Source: Gloeobacterales cyanobacterium (GTDB taxonomy: Bacteria > Cyanobacteriota > Cyanobacteriia > Gloeobacterales > PMM-0068). Taken from it: a DNA stretch of 49,797 nt. The stretch lies in contig JBBRSB010000035.1 in assembly GCA_038245785.1 (NCBI GenBank), positions 1-49,797 of the forward strand. Direction: 5' to 3'. Position numbers and translations under genes: made by a program. Below are positions 27,043 to 37,551 of this stretch, one piece after another. The notes beneath the pieces are model-generated. The model worked only from the letters and a program-made list of their open reading frames with translations. It made no database searches and was not told the DNA's origin. The first letter of the stretch is position 1. Every line of letters starts with the position of its first letter.

Positions 27043-30000
27043 ATGTCTGGCAAACTCACCGAATCCGCGATCGAAGACTTTGCCATCAAACTATTTGAGC
27101 GCCAGGGCTATACTCACCTCTATGCTCCAGACATTGCCCCCGATAGCGAAACCCCAGAACGCAGCCGCTACGACGAAGTATTACTCACTGCACGATTAGA
27201 ACTGTCCTTACGTCGTATCAATCCCGGTATCGCTCCCGGTGTCTTGCAAACCGCCCTCAAAGAAGTGCAGCGCATCCAGTCTCCTGAGTTGCTCGCCAAT
27301 AACGAAGCCTTCCATCGTCTGCTCACCGAAGGTGTAAAAGTCAGCTATCAGAAAGACGGAAACGAGCGCGGTAGCCTAGTGTAGCTAATTGACTTTGCCA
27401 ACCCAGACAACAACGAATTTGTCGTCGCCAATCAGTTCACCGTCATCGAAAACCATCAAAACAAGCGGCCCGATCTTGTACTCTTTGTCAACGGTATCCC
27501 GCTCGTAGTCATCGAACTCAAAAACGCTACTGATGAAAACGCGACCCTCAAGGCGGCCTATCAGCAGTTCGAAACCTACAAACAGACCATTCCAAGCCTG
27601 TTTACCCCTAACGCTTTTCTCGTAATCTCTGATGGGCTGGAAGCCAAAGCTGGTTCCCTCTCAGCGGGATTATCGCGCTTTATGGCCTGGAAAACCGCCG
27701 ACGGCAAAACCCAAGCCTCGCCTCTGGCCAGCCAATTGGAAACTCTGATTCAGGGAATGTTGAACAAGGCCACTCTGCTGGATTTGGTGCGCCATTTCAT
27801 CGTCTTTGAAAAGAGTAAAAAGGAAGACCCCAAAACGGGCATCATCAGCATCAGCACTGTGAAAAAGCTGGCTGCTTATCACCAGTATTACGCCGTCAAT
27901 GCCGCTATCGCCTCCACTCTGCGCGCAGTAGACATGAGCACAGGCCGCAGTGTAGTCGAAAGCCCAGGCAACTATAACCTGCCCGATGTAGCCCAGCAGC
28001 CCAGAGGCGACAAAAAAGCTGGCGTCGTCTGGCACACCCAAGGGTCAGGAAAATCCCTTTCCATGGTGTTTTACACCGGAAAAATCGTACTGGCGCTCGA
28101 TAACCCGACCGTACTCGTGATTACCGATCGCAACGACTTGGATGCCCAGTTATTCGACACCTTCGCCGCCGCCAAGCAGCTTTTGCGTCAGGAACCAGTG
28201 CAGGCAGAAGACCGCGAACAGTTAAAGGATTTGCTCAAAGTAGCCTCTGGCGGAGTCGTCTTCTCCACTATCCAGAAATTTCAGCCCGATGAAGGCAACG
28301 TCTATGAGCAATTGTCCGATCGCCGCAATATTGTAGTGATTGCTGACGAAGCCCACCGCACCCAATACGGCTTTGCCGCCAAAACCGTGGATGAGAAAAC
28401 TGCCAGCGGTGAGATGATCGGCAAAAAAGTCGTCTACGGCTTTGCCAAATACCTGCGCGATGCCCTGCCCCATGCCACCTATCTGGGCTTCACAGGCACA
28501 CCGATCGAAAAAACCGATGTCAACACTCCGGCAGTGTTCGGTAACTATGTGGATATCTACGACATTGCTCAGGCGGTGGAAGATGGCGCGACGGTGCGGA
28601 TTTTCTACGAAAGTCGCCTTGCTAAGGTGAGCTTAAGCGATGAAGGTAAAAAGCTGGTCGCCGAACTGGACGCAGAGCTAGAACAAGACGAACTCACCGC
28701 CACCCAGCAAGCCAAAGCCAAGTGGACCAAGATGGAGGCGCTGATTGGCAGTGCGCATCGCATTCAGAAGATTGCACAGGATATCATCAGCCATTTTGAG
28801 GCGCGGCAGGCGGTCTTTGCAGGCAAGGGCATGGTCGTGAGCCTGTCGCGGCGTATTGCTGCTGAACTGTACGAAGAAATCATCAAACTCAGACCCGAAT
28901 GGCACGACAACGATTTAACAAAAGGTGCCATCAAGGTCGTGATGACTGCCGCCTCCAGCGATGGACCGCTGCTAGCCAAGCACCATACCACCAAAGAGCA
29001 ACGGAAGCTGCTTGCCGATCGGATGAAAAACGATGACGATCCGCTCAAGCTGGTGATCGTGCGCGATATGTGGCTGACGGGGTTTGATGCGCCCAGTATG
29101 CACACCCTCTATATCGATAAGCCGATGAAAGGCCACAACCTGATGCAGGCAATCGCACGGGTAAACCGAGTTTATAAAGACAAACCCGGCGGACTCGTGG
29201 TGGATTATCTAGGAATTGCCTCTGACTTAAAGGAGGCGCTGTCCTTCTATTCCGATGCAGGCGGCAAGGGCGATCCAACCCTAGCGCAGGAACAGGCCGT
29301 GGCCTTGATGCTAGAAAAGATCGAGGTGGTTTCCGCCCTCTATCACGGCTTTGCCTATGAAGAATATTTTGCCGCCGACACAGCCCAAAAGCTCTCTCTG
29401 ATCCTGGCAGCAGAAGAGCACATTCTGGGATTAGAGGACGGACAAAAGCGCTATATCAACGAAGTGATGGCACTCAGTCAGGCATTTGCGATCGCCATTC
29501 CCCATGAGCAGGCCCTAGATGCTAAAGACGAAGTGGGCTTTTTCCAAGCGGTGAAAGCTCGCTTGACCAAGTTTGACAGCACGGGCGAAGGCAGCAGCAA
29601 CGAAGATCTTGAAACCACCATCCGCCAGGTGATCGATCAGGCATTGGTCTCAGAACAGGTGATTGATGTCTTTGACGCGGCAGGTATCAAGAAACCGGAT
29701 ATTTCTATCCTGTCCGATGAGTTTTTGGCCGAGCTGAAAGGATATAAACATAAGAACATTGCCCTAGAAGTGCTAAAAAAACTGCTCAACGACGAGCTGA
29801 AAGCCCGCGCCAAAAAGAATCTGGTTCAGAGCAAAACCTTGATGGAAATGCTGGAAAACGCCATCAAGAGATACCAGAACAAGATCCTCACCGCCGCCGA
29901 GGTGATGGATGAGCTGATCAAAATCAGTAAGGAGATTGTCGCCTCGGATGACGAAGCCAAGCAGATGGGCTTAAGTGATTTTGAATACGCGTTTTATACG

Positions 30001-30261
30001 GCGGTTGCCAACAACAACAGTGCGCGTGAGCTCATGCAGCAAGACCAGTTACGAGCACTGGCGGTGGTCCTGACGCAGCGGGTACGCGAGAATGCATCTA
30101 TCGATTGGACGATCAAGGAAAGCGTGAAAGCCAAGCTGAAAGTGATTGTGAAGCGCACCCTGCGCCAATATGGCTACCCACCCGACATGCAGTTACTGGC
30201 CACAGAAACGGTGTTAAAACAAGCCGAAATGATTGCTAATGAACTGGCGGGCTTGTCTTAA
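27043..30261 (+). pseudogene. hsdR: Type I R-M restriction subunit HsdR with a single in-frame TAG at codon 114 (pseudogene or recoded)
   Basis: ORFs 27043-27384 and 27682-30261 share one frame, open between them: [68 protein letters not shown] and QAIARVNR are intact. Confidence 0.9.
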
Positions 30262-30332
30262 GACGTATAACAAGGAACTATATTTCTCATAGCGCGCGCT
30301 CCTTGGATAGAACGTTGCCAAATAGGAGGACT

Positions 30333-31751
30333 ATGAATCGGAAGATGTCGCTTTTGCTGGGTTCACTGGCTTCTATCTTGCTAACGGCTCATCCGATGAG
30401 AGCGGAAGACCTCAATCCAGCGAAGATGCCGATTAATCACTTTGTGATTTTGTATATGGAGAATCGTTCCTTCGATGGCCTGTACGGTAATTTCCCTGGA
30501 GCCAATGGCCTAGCCAATGCGGGCCTAACAGCAAAGCAACGTGACAAAAATGGAGAGCCTTACGAAACCTTACCTCCCGTTCTAGACACCAACCAAAAAC
30601 CTCCAGCCATTGATTCTCGATTTACTCCTAACTTGCCCAATAGTCCCTTCAATATCGATCAATATGCCTCTGCCGAGATGAAGACAGGGGATATGGTGCA
30701 CAAGTTCTATCAAGAACAAAGCCAGATTGATGGCGGCAAGATGGATAAATTTGTGGCCTACACCGACGCTGGTGGTTTGGTCATGGGCTATTACGACACC
30801 TCAAAGCTCAAGCTCTATCAGCTCGCCAAGCAGTTCACCTTAGCAGACAATTTCTTTCATGGTGCTTTTGGTGGTTCATTCCTCAATCATATTGAGCTGA
30901 TTACAGGCACGGCTCCTGTTTGGGCCAATGCCCCTCAAGATCTAGTTGCTCAATTAAAGACAGATGGAAGTTTAGAAAAAGATGGTCAATTGACGCCCGA
31001 TGGCTATGCGGTAAATACGATGCAGCCGACCTACAGCCCTTTTAGGGCAGGAACCCCTACGGAGAAGCGTCTCCCACCACAAACGATGCCCACAATTGGT
31101 GAGCGCCTCAGTGAGCGCGGCCTTGCTTGGGCCTGGTATGCAGGGGGCTGGAATGACGCCTTAGCCGGGAAGCCCGACCCTCTGTTCCAGTACCATCACC
31201 AACCCTTTGCTTATTTCAAGCAGTATGGAGATAATACTCCGGGAAGAGCTGAGCATCTCAAAGATGAAAAAGATTTCATAGCGGCGATTGAAAATAATAC
31301 GCTTCCATCCGTAGCTTTTGTTAAACCAATTGGCGAAGATAATCAACATCCAGGCTATGCCAATATCACGCAGGGAGATGCTTGGGCAGCTAAGCTAATT
31401 GACAAAATCCAGCATAGCCTGGCCTGGAAAGACACGGCCATCATCGTTACCTATGATGAAAATGGAGGCATGTGGGACCATGTAGCCCCCCCAGTCGTAG
31501 ACCGATGGGGTCCGGGTTCACGGGTTGCAACCCTAGTTATCTCCCCCTATGCGAAGAAGGGTTTTGTCGACCACACCTTTATGGAGAGCACTTCTATTCT
31601 GAAACTGATCGAAAATCGCTACGACTTGCAACCCCTGGGAGAGCGAGATAAAAATGCTCCAAACATGCTCAGTTCATTCGATTTCACTCAGCCTCCAACC
31701 AACAAGAACCTCTGCAAGATTTCAGGAAAATTATACGTTAGATGTAGCTAA
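30333..31751 (+). CDS. Secreted acid phosphatase / phosphoesterase (AcpA/phospholipase C family)
   Basis: Signal peptide, YMENRSFD, GGSFLNH, FQYHHQPF, HPGY, TYDENGG.WDHV; RBS AGGAGG before ATG 30333. Confidence 0.9.
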   Translation: MNRKMSLLLGSLASILLTAHPMRAEDLNPAKMPINHFVILYMENRSFDGLYGNFPGANGLANAGLTAKQRDKNGEPYETLPPVLDTNQKPPAIDSRFTPNLPNSPFNIDQYASAEMKTGDMVHKFYQEQSQIDGGKMDKFVAYTDAGGLVMGYYDTSKLKLYQLAKQFTLADNFFHGAFGGSFLNHIELITGTAPVWANAPQDLVAQLKTDGSLEKDGQLTPDGYAVNTMQPTYSPFRAGTPTEKRLPPQTMPTIGERLSERGLAWAWYAGGWNDALAGKPDPLFQYHHQPFAYFKQYGDNTPGRAEHLKDEKDFIAAIENNTLPSVAFVKPIGEDNQHPGYANITQGDAWAAKLIDKIQHSLAWKDTAIIVTYDENGGMWDHVAPPVVDRWGPGSRVATLVISPYAKKGFVDHTFMESTSILKLIENRYDLQPLGERDKNAPNMLSSFDFTQPPTNKNLCKISGKLYVRCS

Positions 31752-31758
31752 TAAAAAT

Positions 31759-31797
31759 CTGAAGGGCCTAGCTAACTAACTCAACTAGGTCCTTCAG
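31759..31797 (+). terminator. Hairpin downstream of the phosphatase gene
   Basis: CTGAAGGGCCTAG...CTAGGTCCTTCAG, 13-bp stem with one G-U pair. Confidence 0.55.
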
Positions 31798-32146
31798 TAT
31801 TGGAGATTTAGATTTTTCAAACTACCCTCCGTGACTATCTTGGACTGGGCTTGCAGGCTCCTCCATAGTCTCGCATAGTTACCTCTTCAACAGAGTCTGG
31901 TTTGGTGTTGCCCTTACGAAGGGTCTTTGCCACTTGGTCTATGGTTGTGACCTCTGCAGCCTCACTACTATACTAACTATAGCTTACGAGTTTTGTGGAT
32001 GGCTGAGCTAATCGTTGCCAGGAGTCCTAATACAGCCTGAAGAAGCTCTATAGTTCCCAGGAAAGACTACCCGTAAAATTGACTAAGTTTGCCTATTTAT
32101 CTCAATTTTTAAAGAGACAAAAAAGGGCACTATTAACCTTCCTGAA

Positions 32147-33010
32147 CTAGTTCAAGGCAGACTGCTTTTCCACCACAGCAGGCTCAATCCATGGATTATG
32201 GTTCGGCATGAGGGGTCTCAAATCACAGCTCTTCGCTTGATTCCATATTTCCTGTTCCACAAGCCGTGCATCCTGATAGCCCCAGAGTTCAATATCAGGA
32301 AGATATTGAGTTCTAGATAGGAGCGTACCCTGACACATCTGGTCTGCAGGAATAGGACCGCTTAGTTCATTTTGTAGGCGTTGGAGAAGCTCTTGCATAA
32401 TCCAACCTGAAATTCGAGCTTGTTCTGCAGGATAGATGAATCCAAAAAGAACGAGATGGCTAAGTAGTACCCGCCAGTGCGGACCAAAACGATGAAGCAA
32501 ACGGGGCCAGTTAATCTGCTCACTGCAAGCCCTTAGTAAATGGGCGATATCGGCCCCTTCGTAGTGATTTCGCTCCATGATGAAAGCTTTTGGCCAGAGG
32601 ATCTCTTCCGGAGCACAGAGCTTGACGGGTATATCTAAAACGTTCTGCTCTACCCCGTGCTCAAACCACATATCATCGACAGGCGTGAGATCATTGCCTG
32701 GCCCGAAAATGACATCGATAACATCATCGCCGCAGATAACTCTGCCCAACCATTTTGGGTCGACCAGCTCAGTTTGGTAACCTGCTAGCGTAAGTTCTTC
32801 TAAAACTCGATTACAGTCTTGGGGAAGCACAAAAATATCTAAATCTTTTACATTGCGTCTGATCCCTGTGTAGCACTCAAGGGCATAGGTGCCTCCGACC
32901 AGAAACGGTACTTGCTGTTTCTGCAAAATAGTAAGAGCATGGCGATAAAAAGTCCAAGCTCTTGAGTAATATTTCGCCTGTGCATCTGGGCCTATAGGGT
33001 ATATGTTCAT
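32147..33010 (-). CDS. Nucleotidyltransferase family protein
   Basis: FLVGGTYAL..YTGI.R..KDLDIF (GG/DxD motif), KAFIMER, HWRVLL. Confidence 0.82.
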   Translation of the reverse strand: MNIYPIGPDAQAKYYSRAWTFYRHALTILQKQQVPFLVGGTYALECYTGIRRNVKDLDIFVLPQDCNRVLEELTLAGYQTELVDPKWLGRVICGDDVIDVIFGPGNDLTPVDDMWFEHGVEQNVLDIPVKLCAPEEILWPKAFIMERNHYEGADIAHLLRACSEQINWPRLLHRFGPHWRVLLSHLVLFGFIYPAEQARISGWIMQELLQRLQNELSGPIPADQMCQGTLLSRTQYLPDIELWGYQDARLVEQEIWNQAKSCDLRPLMPNHNPWIEPAVVEKQSALN

Positions 33011-33408
33011 ATCGGCTTCCTAAAGGGATTTTAAAGTTAACCACTGTCTAGACAGAGTCAGTGGAGGCTATTGATTATTCGGCTGTGATGAATTGCTGAA
33101 GAAGTCGCTGGAGAAGAACTTAATTAAACTGAAACTTGCTCTAGTATTTTTATACTAGCCTAAACTTTTAATTTCGTAGTTTCGGAGCTTGGACAACCGC
33201 TAAATTTTGTGGCCGTTCAGGATAGGGCTGAATCCATGCTTAAGAAATTAATAATTCCTCTGGCACACTTCCATGCGGGCGAACTAGTATGACATTAGGG
33301 GCTTCTACCTACTGTGCTCTGGAGAAATGGTCTACACGGAGACAGTGAGGAGTTAGAAAGGCCCTCCAATTTACCAAACTTAAACCTTAAAATACGGAGG
33401 CAGCGACT

Positions 33409-33852
33409 ATGGCAATCGTTCGTTGGGAACCTTTCCGGGAGATGGAAAGCCTACGACGGGACATGGATCGTCTATTTGACCAGCTCATGCCCAGTGGATC
33501 CAGTGGCAATGGTGAAACGCTTCGCTTTATGCCCTCAGTAGAAATTGAAGACACTGCGGATGCAATCCATCTCAAACTAGAAATTCCTGGGCTTGAAGCT
33601 AAGGATCTAGATATTGAGGTGACAGAAGAATCTGTCGCGGTGAGGGGCGAGCGTAAGTCTGAAGTCAAGACGAAAGAGAAAGGGATGGGACGCTCAGAAT
33701 TCCGCTATGGTAGATTCGAGCGTTTAATTCCTTTGACAGCCCGAGTTAGGAGCGATGCGGCAAAGGCCGAGTACAAGAATGGCATCCTAATACTCACTTT
33801 GCCTAAGGCTGAAGAAGAGAAGCATAAAGTAGTGAAGGTTACAGTGAACTAA
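33409..33852 (+). CDS. hspA: Small heat shock protein Hsp20
   Basis: [47 protein letters not shown]. Confidence 0.93.
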   Translation: MAIVRWEPFREMESLRRDMDRLFDQLMPSGSSGNGETLRFMPSVEIEDTADAIHLKLEIPGLEAKDLDIEVTEESVAVRGERKSEVKTKEKGMGRSEFRYGRFERLIPLTARVRSDAAKAEYKNGILILTLPKAEEEKHKVVKVTVN

Positions 33853-33861
33853 GTCCACCCC

Positions 33862-33897
33862 CTACCCCCTCTCCCCTAACAAGCAGGAGAGGGGTAG
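33862..33897 (+). repeat. GC-rich hairpin between hsp20 and the dnaJ-like gene
   Basis: CTACCCCCTCTCC...GGAGAGGGGTAG. Confidence 0.55.
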
Positions 33898-33925
33898 AGT
33901 CAAATTACACCGCAGAGATGAGCTA

Positions 33926-34903
33926 GTGCCTGCAACAGATTTCAAAGATTACTATGCAACCCTTGGGGTCAACAAAACAGCCAGTTTTGAGGAAATCAAA
34001 AAGGCTTACCGAAAACTGGCTCGCAAGTATCACCCAGACCTCAATCCTGGAAGTAAGCAAGCAGAAACCCGTTTTAAAGAGATTAACGAGGCCAATGAAG
34101 TCCTTGGAGATCCGGAGAAGCGGAAAAAATATGACCAGTACGGCCAGTACTGGCAGCAGATGCATGAAGGTCGAGGCCCAGCTGGAGCAGGAATGGGTGG
34201 GGCCGATTTTGGACAGTATGGAAATTTTGACGATTTCATCAATGATCTTTTAGGCCGTTTCGGAGGGGTAGGACGAGGAGGCGCTTACCAGCCAGGACGG
34301 GGAGGCGCACCCCGTGGAGCCGGAGGATTCGAAGATCTCTTGAGTGGTCTTCGCGGCCAGGCACCTGCTGCTGACACAGAAGCAACGATTACGTTGACCT
34401 TCTCAGAAGCCTTTCATGGGGTTCAGAAGCGGCTGAAATTAAACGATGAAAGGATCGATGTTCGCATCCCTGCAGGCGCTAAAGCCGGAAGTCGGGTCCG
34501 CGTCAAAGGCAAAGGTCAGCCTAGTCCGTTCGGTCCGCAACGAGGAGACCTCTACCTCACCATTGAGTTAATGCCCCATCCTTTCTTCAGGTTTGAAGGT
34601 AATAACCTGGTTTGCGAAGTCCCGATTGCACCGGATGAAGCGGTGTTGGGAACAGAGATCAAAGTGCCTACCCCCGATGGCACCGTCAACCTGAAAATTC
34701 CTGCCGGAGTGCGCTCTGGACAATCTTTGCGGCTACAGGGTAAGGGCTGGCCGCGACCTGGTGGCGAGCGAGGCGACCAGATAGTCCGGTTACTACTAGT
34801 CACGCCCAAGGATCTCAGTCCTGATGAGCGGGAGTGCTATGAGAAGTTGCGAACTTATCGCAGTTTCAATCCTCGTGCTTCCATAGAACAGACTAGGCTT
34901 TGA
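33926..34903 (+). CDS. DnaJ-class chaperone lacking the zinc finger (CbpA-type)
   Basis: KDYY..LGV, YHPD, G/F region, DnaJ_C, no CxxCxGxG; GTG start. Confidence 0.92.
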   Translation: MPATDFKDYYATLGVNKTASFEEIKKAYRKLARKYHPDLNPGSKQAETRFKEINEANEVLGDPEKRKKYDQYGQYWQQMHEGRGPAGAGMGGADFGQYGNFDDFINDLLGRFGGVGRGGAYQPGRGGAPRGAGGFEDLLSGLRGQAPAADTEATITLTFSEAFHGVQKRLKLNDERIDVRIPAGAKAGSRVRVKGKGQPSPFGPQRGDLYLTIELMPHPFFRFEGNNLVCEVPIAPDEAVLGTEIKVPTPDGTVNLKIPAGVRSGQSLRLQGKGWPRPGGERGDQIVRLLLVTPKDLSPDERECYEKLRTYRSFNPRASIEQTRL

Positions 34904-34978
34904 GAAGACTTGCGGGTGCGGGCCAAGCCGCTTGATGCCCAATCGTATAGAGCCGGGAGGGCATTATTATGAAGCTAT

Positions 34979-35050
34979 GCCCTCATAGCTCAGGGGATAG
35001 AGCAGGAGTTTCCTAAACTCTGTGCCCAGGTTCAAGTCCTGGTGGGGGCA
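34979..35050 (+). tRNA. tRNA-Arg(CCT)
   Basis: GCCCTCA/TGGGGGC acceptor stem, anticodon arm GGAGT-TTCCTAA-ACTCT, GGTTCAAGTCC T-arm. Confidence 0.92.
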
Positions 35051-35358
35051 AATTATCGCAGCAAGTTTTGGCGAAACCGGGGCGTGAAGATCAAGAACGG
35101 CCAGAGGGCAGCCATTGATAGAACTTTACTTTGCTCAAAACTACGTCCTGCTTTCTGCTTGACGTACCAGAAGCCAGCACCGTAAATAGCAATAAGTAGA
35201 AACCAAAACATAGACCGTATCCCGATACCTTCTTCTAGGATAGCTAGACTGCGCGGTAAACCGCCAGGATGTATTCAAAATCACATCAGAGCTTTAGTTT
35301 TAGTTAGATTGGGACCTTAGCTCGTTATATTGGTAGCTAGATTGTTTTTGCTGTCATC

Positions 35359-37269
35359 ATGAATCTGAGCGATATTAAGCATCCAAATCAACTGAAGAAG
35401 CTTTCCATAGCCCAACTCAAAGAATTAGCGCAGCAGATTAGACAAAAGCATTTACACACGGTAGCGACCAGCGGAGGGCACCTAGGGCCGGGCTTAGGCG
35501 TTGTAGAACTGACCCTGGGCCTGTATTACACCCTAGACCTCGACCAAGACAAAGTCCTATGGGATGTCGGGCACCAAGCCTATGCGCACAAGATGCTCAC
35601 CGGACGCTACGACAAGTTTCATACCCTCCGCCAAAAAGATGGCATCGCAGGCTATCTGAAGCGCGCGGAGAGCCGCTTTGACTGTTGGGGGGCAGGCCAT
35701 GCTTCCACTTCGATTTCTGCAGGCCTAGGGATGGCCCTGGCACGAGATTTCCAAGGCAAAAATTACAAAGTTGCCGCCATCATTGGCGATGGGGCCCTGA
35801 CAGGGGGAATGGCCCTAGAGGCGCTGAACCATGCCGGACATTTGCAGAGAACCAATCTCTTAGTCGTTCTCAATGACAACGAGATGTCTATCTCTGAAAA
35901 CGTGGGAGCACTGGCCAGCTACCTAAACCGGATGCGCTTATCGGAACCGATCCGCTTCCTGAGTGAAAACTTTGAAACCCAACTCAAACATTTGCCCCTG
36001 GTTGGCCCGACGATGGGACCGGAACTGGAACGGGTCAAAGATTTGCTCAAGTACTACACCGTCGCCCGCTCCAAGGCTGGAGTGGTCTTTGAAGAGCTGG
36101 GCTTCACCTACCTGGGGCCTATTGATGGTCACAACCTCCAGGAATTGATTGATACCTTCACCCTAGCCCATACCCTACCGGGTCCTGTATTCGTGCATGT
36201 GAATACGATCAAAGGCAAAGGCTACGACAGTGCGGAGAAAGACCAAATTGGCTATCATGCCAAGACCCCATTTGATCTGAGCACCGGCAAGGTCTACCCT
36301 GCAGGCAAGCCTACGCCGCCTTCCTATGACAAAGTTTTTGCAGACACTTTGATTGCGATTGCCGAAGAAAGAGCAGATGTGGTGGCGATTACAGCCGCCA
36401 TGCTTACGGGTACAGGGCTCAATAAGTTCCAAGCCCGTTTTCCCAAGCGTTGCCTGGATGTGGGTATTGCCGAGCAGCATGCCGTGACGATGGCTGCTGG
36501 TCTGGCGGCAGAAGGAATGCGTCCCGTAGCCGCTATTTACAGCACTTTCCTCCAGCGGGCCTTTGACCAAATTGTCCACGATGTGGCGATTCAACACCTG
36601 CCTGTATTCTTCTGCATAGACCGGGCTGGCGTTGTCGGCGAAGACGGGCCGACCCATCATGGGGTCTTGGATATGGCCTACCTGAGAGCGATCCCTGAAA
36701 TGGTGGTCATGGCTCCTAAAGATGAAGCTGAACTCCAGCGGATGATTGCCACGGGTATCGACTACACGGATGGTCCGATTGCCGTGCGCTATCCTCGGGG
36801 TGCTGGTCACGGGGTGCCGCTGCTAGAGGGAGGATTTGAGCCTTTGCCGATTGGTAAAGGAGAAATTTTACGCACGGGGGATGACCTCCTCCTCGTCGCC
36901 GTGGGAGCGATGGTCTACCCCGCTATGCAGGCAGCCCAGTTGCTCAGCGAACATGGGGTCGATTGCACGGTATTCAATGCTCGCTTCGTCAAACCGCTAG
37001 ACCCAGAGATTGTTCACCTTGCCAAGCAAACGGGTCGGGTCGTGACCCTGGAAGAAGGGACGATTAACGGTGGCTTTGGTTCTGCTGTCCTCGAAGCACT
37101 AGCAGCCGAGGAAGTGCTGGTCCCCGTAACGCGCATCGGCATCCCGGATGCCTTTGTCACCCATGCTACCCGCAGTGAACTCCTCAAAGAATTAGGGCTC
37201 ACAGGAGCCGGGATTGCAGAGCGTGTGCTACAGGTGCTCAATAAGCAGGGCAAGAAAGTAGGGGTTTAG
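35359..37269 (+). CDS. dxs: 1-deoxy-D-xylulose-5-phosphate synthase
   Basis: [59 protein letters not shown]. Confidence 0.97.
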   Translation: MNLSDIKHPNQLKKLSIAQLKELAQQIRQKHLHTVATSGGHLGPGLGVVELTLGLYYTLDLDQDKVLWDVGHQAYAHKMLTGRYDKFHTLRQKDGIAGYLKRAESRFDCWGAGHASTSISAGLGMALARDFQGKNYKVAAIIGDGALTGGMALEALNHAGHLQRTNLLVVLNDNEMSISENVGALASYLNRMRLSEPIRFLSENFETQLKHLPLVGPTMGPELERVKDLLKYYTVARSKAGVVFEELGFTYLGPIDGHNLQELIDTFTLAHTLPGPVFVHVNTIKGKGYDSAEKDQIGYHAKTPFDLSTGKVYPAGKPTPPSYDKVFADTLIAIAEERADVVAITAAMLTGTGLNKFQARFPKRCLDVGIAEQHAVTMAAGLAAEGMRPVAAIYSTFLQRAFDQIVHDVAIQHLPVFFCIDRAGVVGEDGPTHHGVLDMAYLRAIPEMVVMAPKDEAELQRMIATGIDYTDGPIAVRYPRGAGHGVPLLEGGFEPLPIGKGEILRTGDDLLLVAVGAMVYPAMQAAQLLSEHGVDCTVFNARFVKPLDPEIVHLAKQTGRVVTLEEGTINGGFGSAVLEALAAEEVLVPVTRIGIPDAFVTHATRSELLKELGLTGAGIAERVLQVLNKQGKKVGV

Positions 37270-37300
37270 CTAACCAAGTGAAATTTGTTTTTCGATTTGT

Positions 37301-37329
37301 TTGACCAGGGCCAAAAACTTTGTCATAAT
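37301..37329 (+). promoter_or_regulatory. Sigma70 promoter of tRNA-Arg(ACG)
   Basis: TTGACC-N17-CATAAT, 13 nt upstream of the tRNA. Confidence 0.75.
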
Positions 37330-37342
37330 CGTTAAGCTTCAA

Positions 37343-37416
37343 GCGCCTGTAGCTCAGTGGATTAGAGCGACTGACTACGGATCAGTAGGTCCGGGGTTCG
37401 AATCCCTGCAGGCGCA
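37343..37416 (+). tRNA. tRNA-Arg(ACG)
   Basis: GCGCCTG/CAGGCGC acceptor stem, anticodon arm ACTGA-CTACGGA-TCAGT, GGTTCGAATCC. Confidence 0.95.
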
Positions 37417-37551
37417 AGCTTTAAAATGGACGAACAGTGTTATCAATATATACAAGCTGTGCACTATAGCTTATGTGTATTCAGAGATTGGTGACCTATG
37501 AATTCGTCCTTCTGGGGCACTGTAGGCTGAAAATTGAGTCCTAGTAGGAGT

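Noticed and set aside
20760..27384. Genome-wide TAG reassignment (alternative genetic code)
   Set aside because: TAG ends conserved genes at their expected C-termini (dxs 37269, acs 42064, porin 11389).
20750..27390. TadA-type editing motif at the two amber codons
   Set aside because: The contexts CGCTAGT and GTGTAGC do not contain UACG, and I found no convincing shared hairpin.
33255..33290. CIRCE-like element upstream of hsp20
   Set aside because: Only a partial left-arm match (CTGGCACAC); the right arm and spacing do not fit TTAGCACTC-N9-GAGTGCTAA.
34979..35050. tRNA with CTA in its anticodon loop as a possible amber suppressor for the hsdM/hsdR TAGs
   Set aside because: The loop is a normal 7-mer, TT-CCT-AA. 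The anticodon is CCT (Arg); CTA is off register.
15215..35050. tRNA-anchored integrative element containing the defence island
   Set aside because: No integrase and no duplicated tRNA 3' end were seen in the window.
37301..37501. 66-aa ORF after dxs
   Set aside because: It overlaps tRNA-Arg(ACG) and its promoter.
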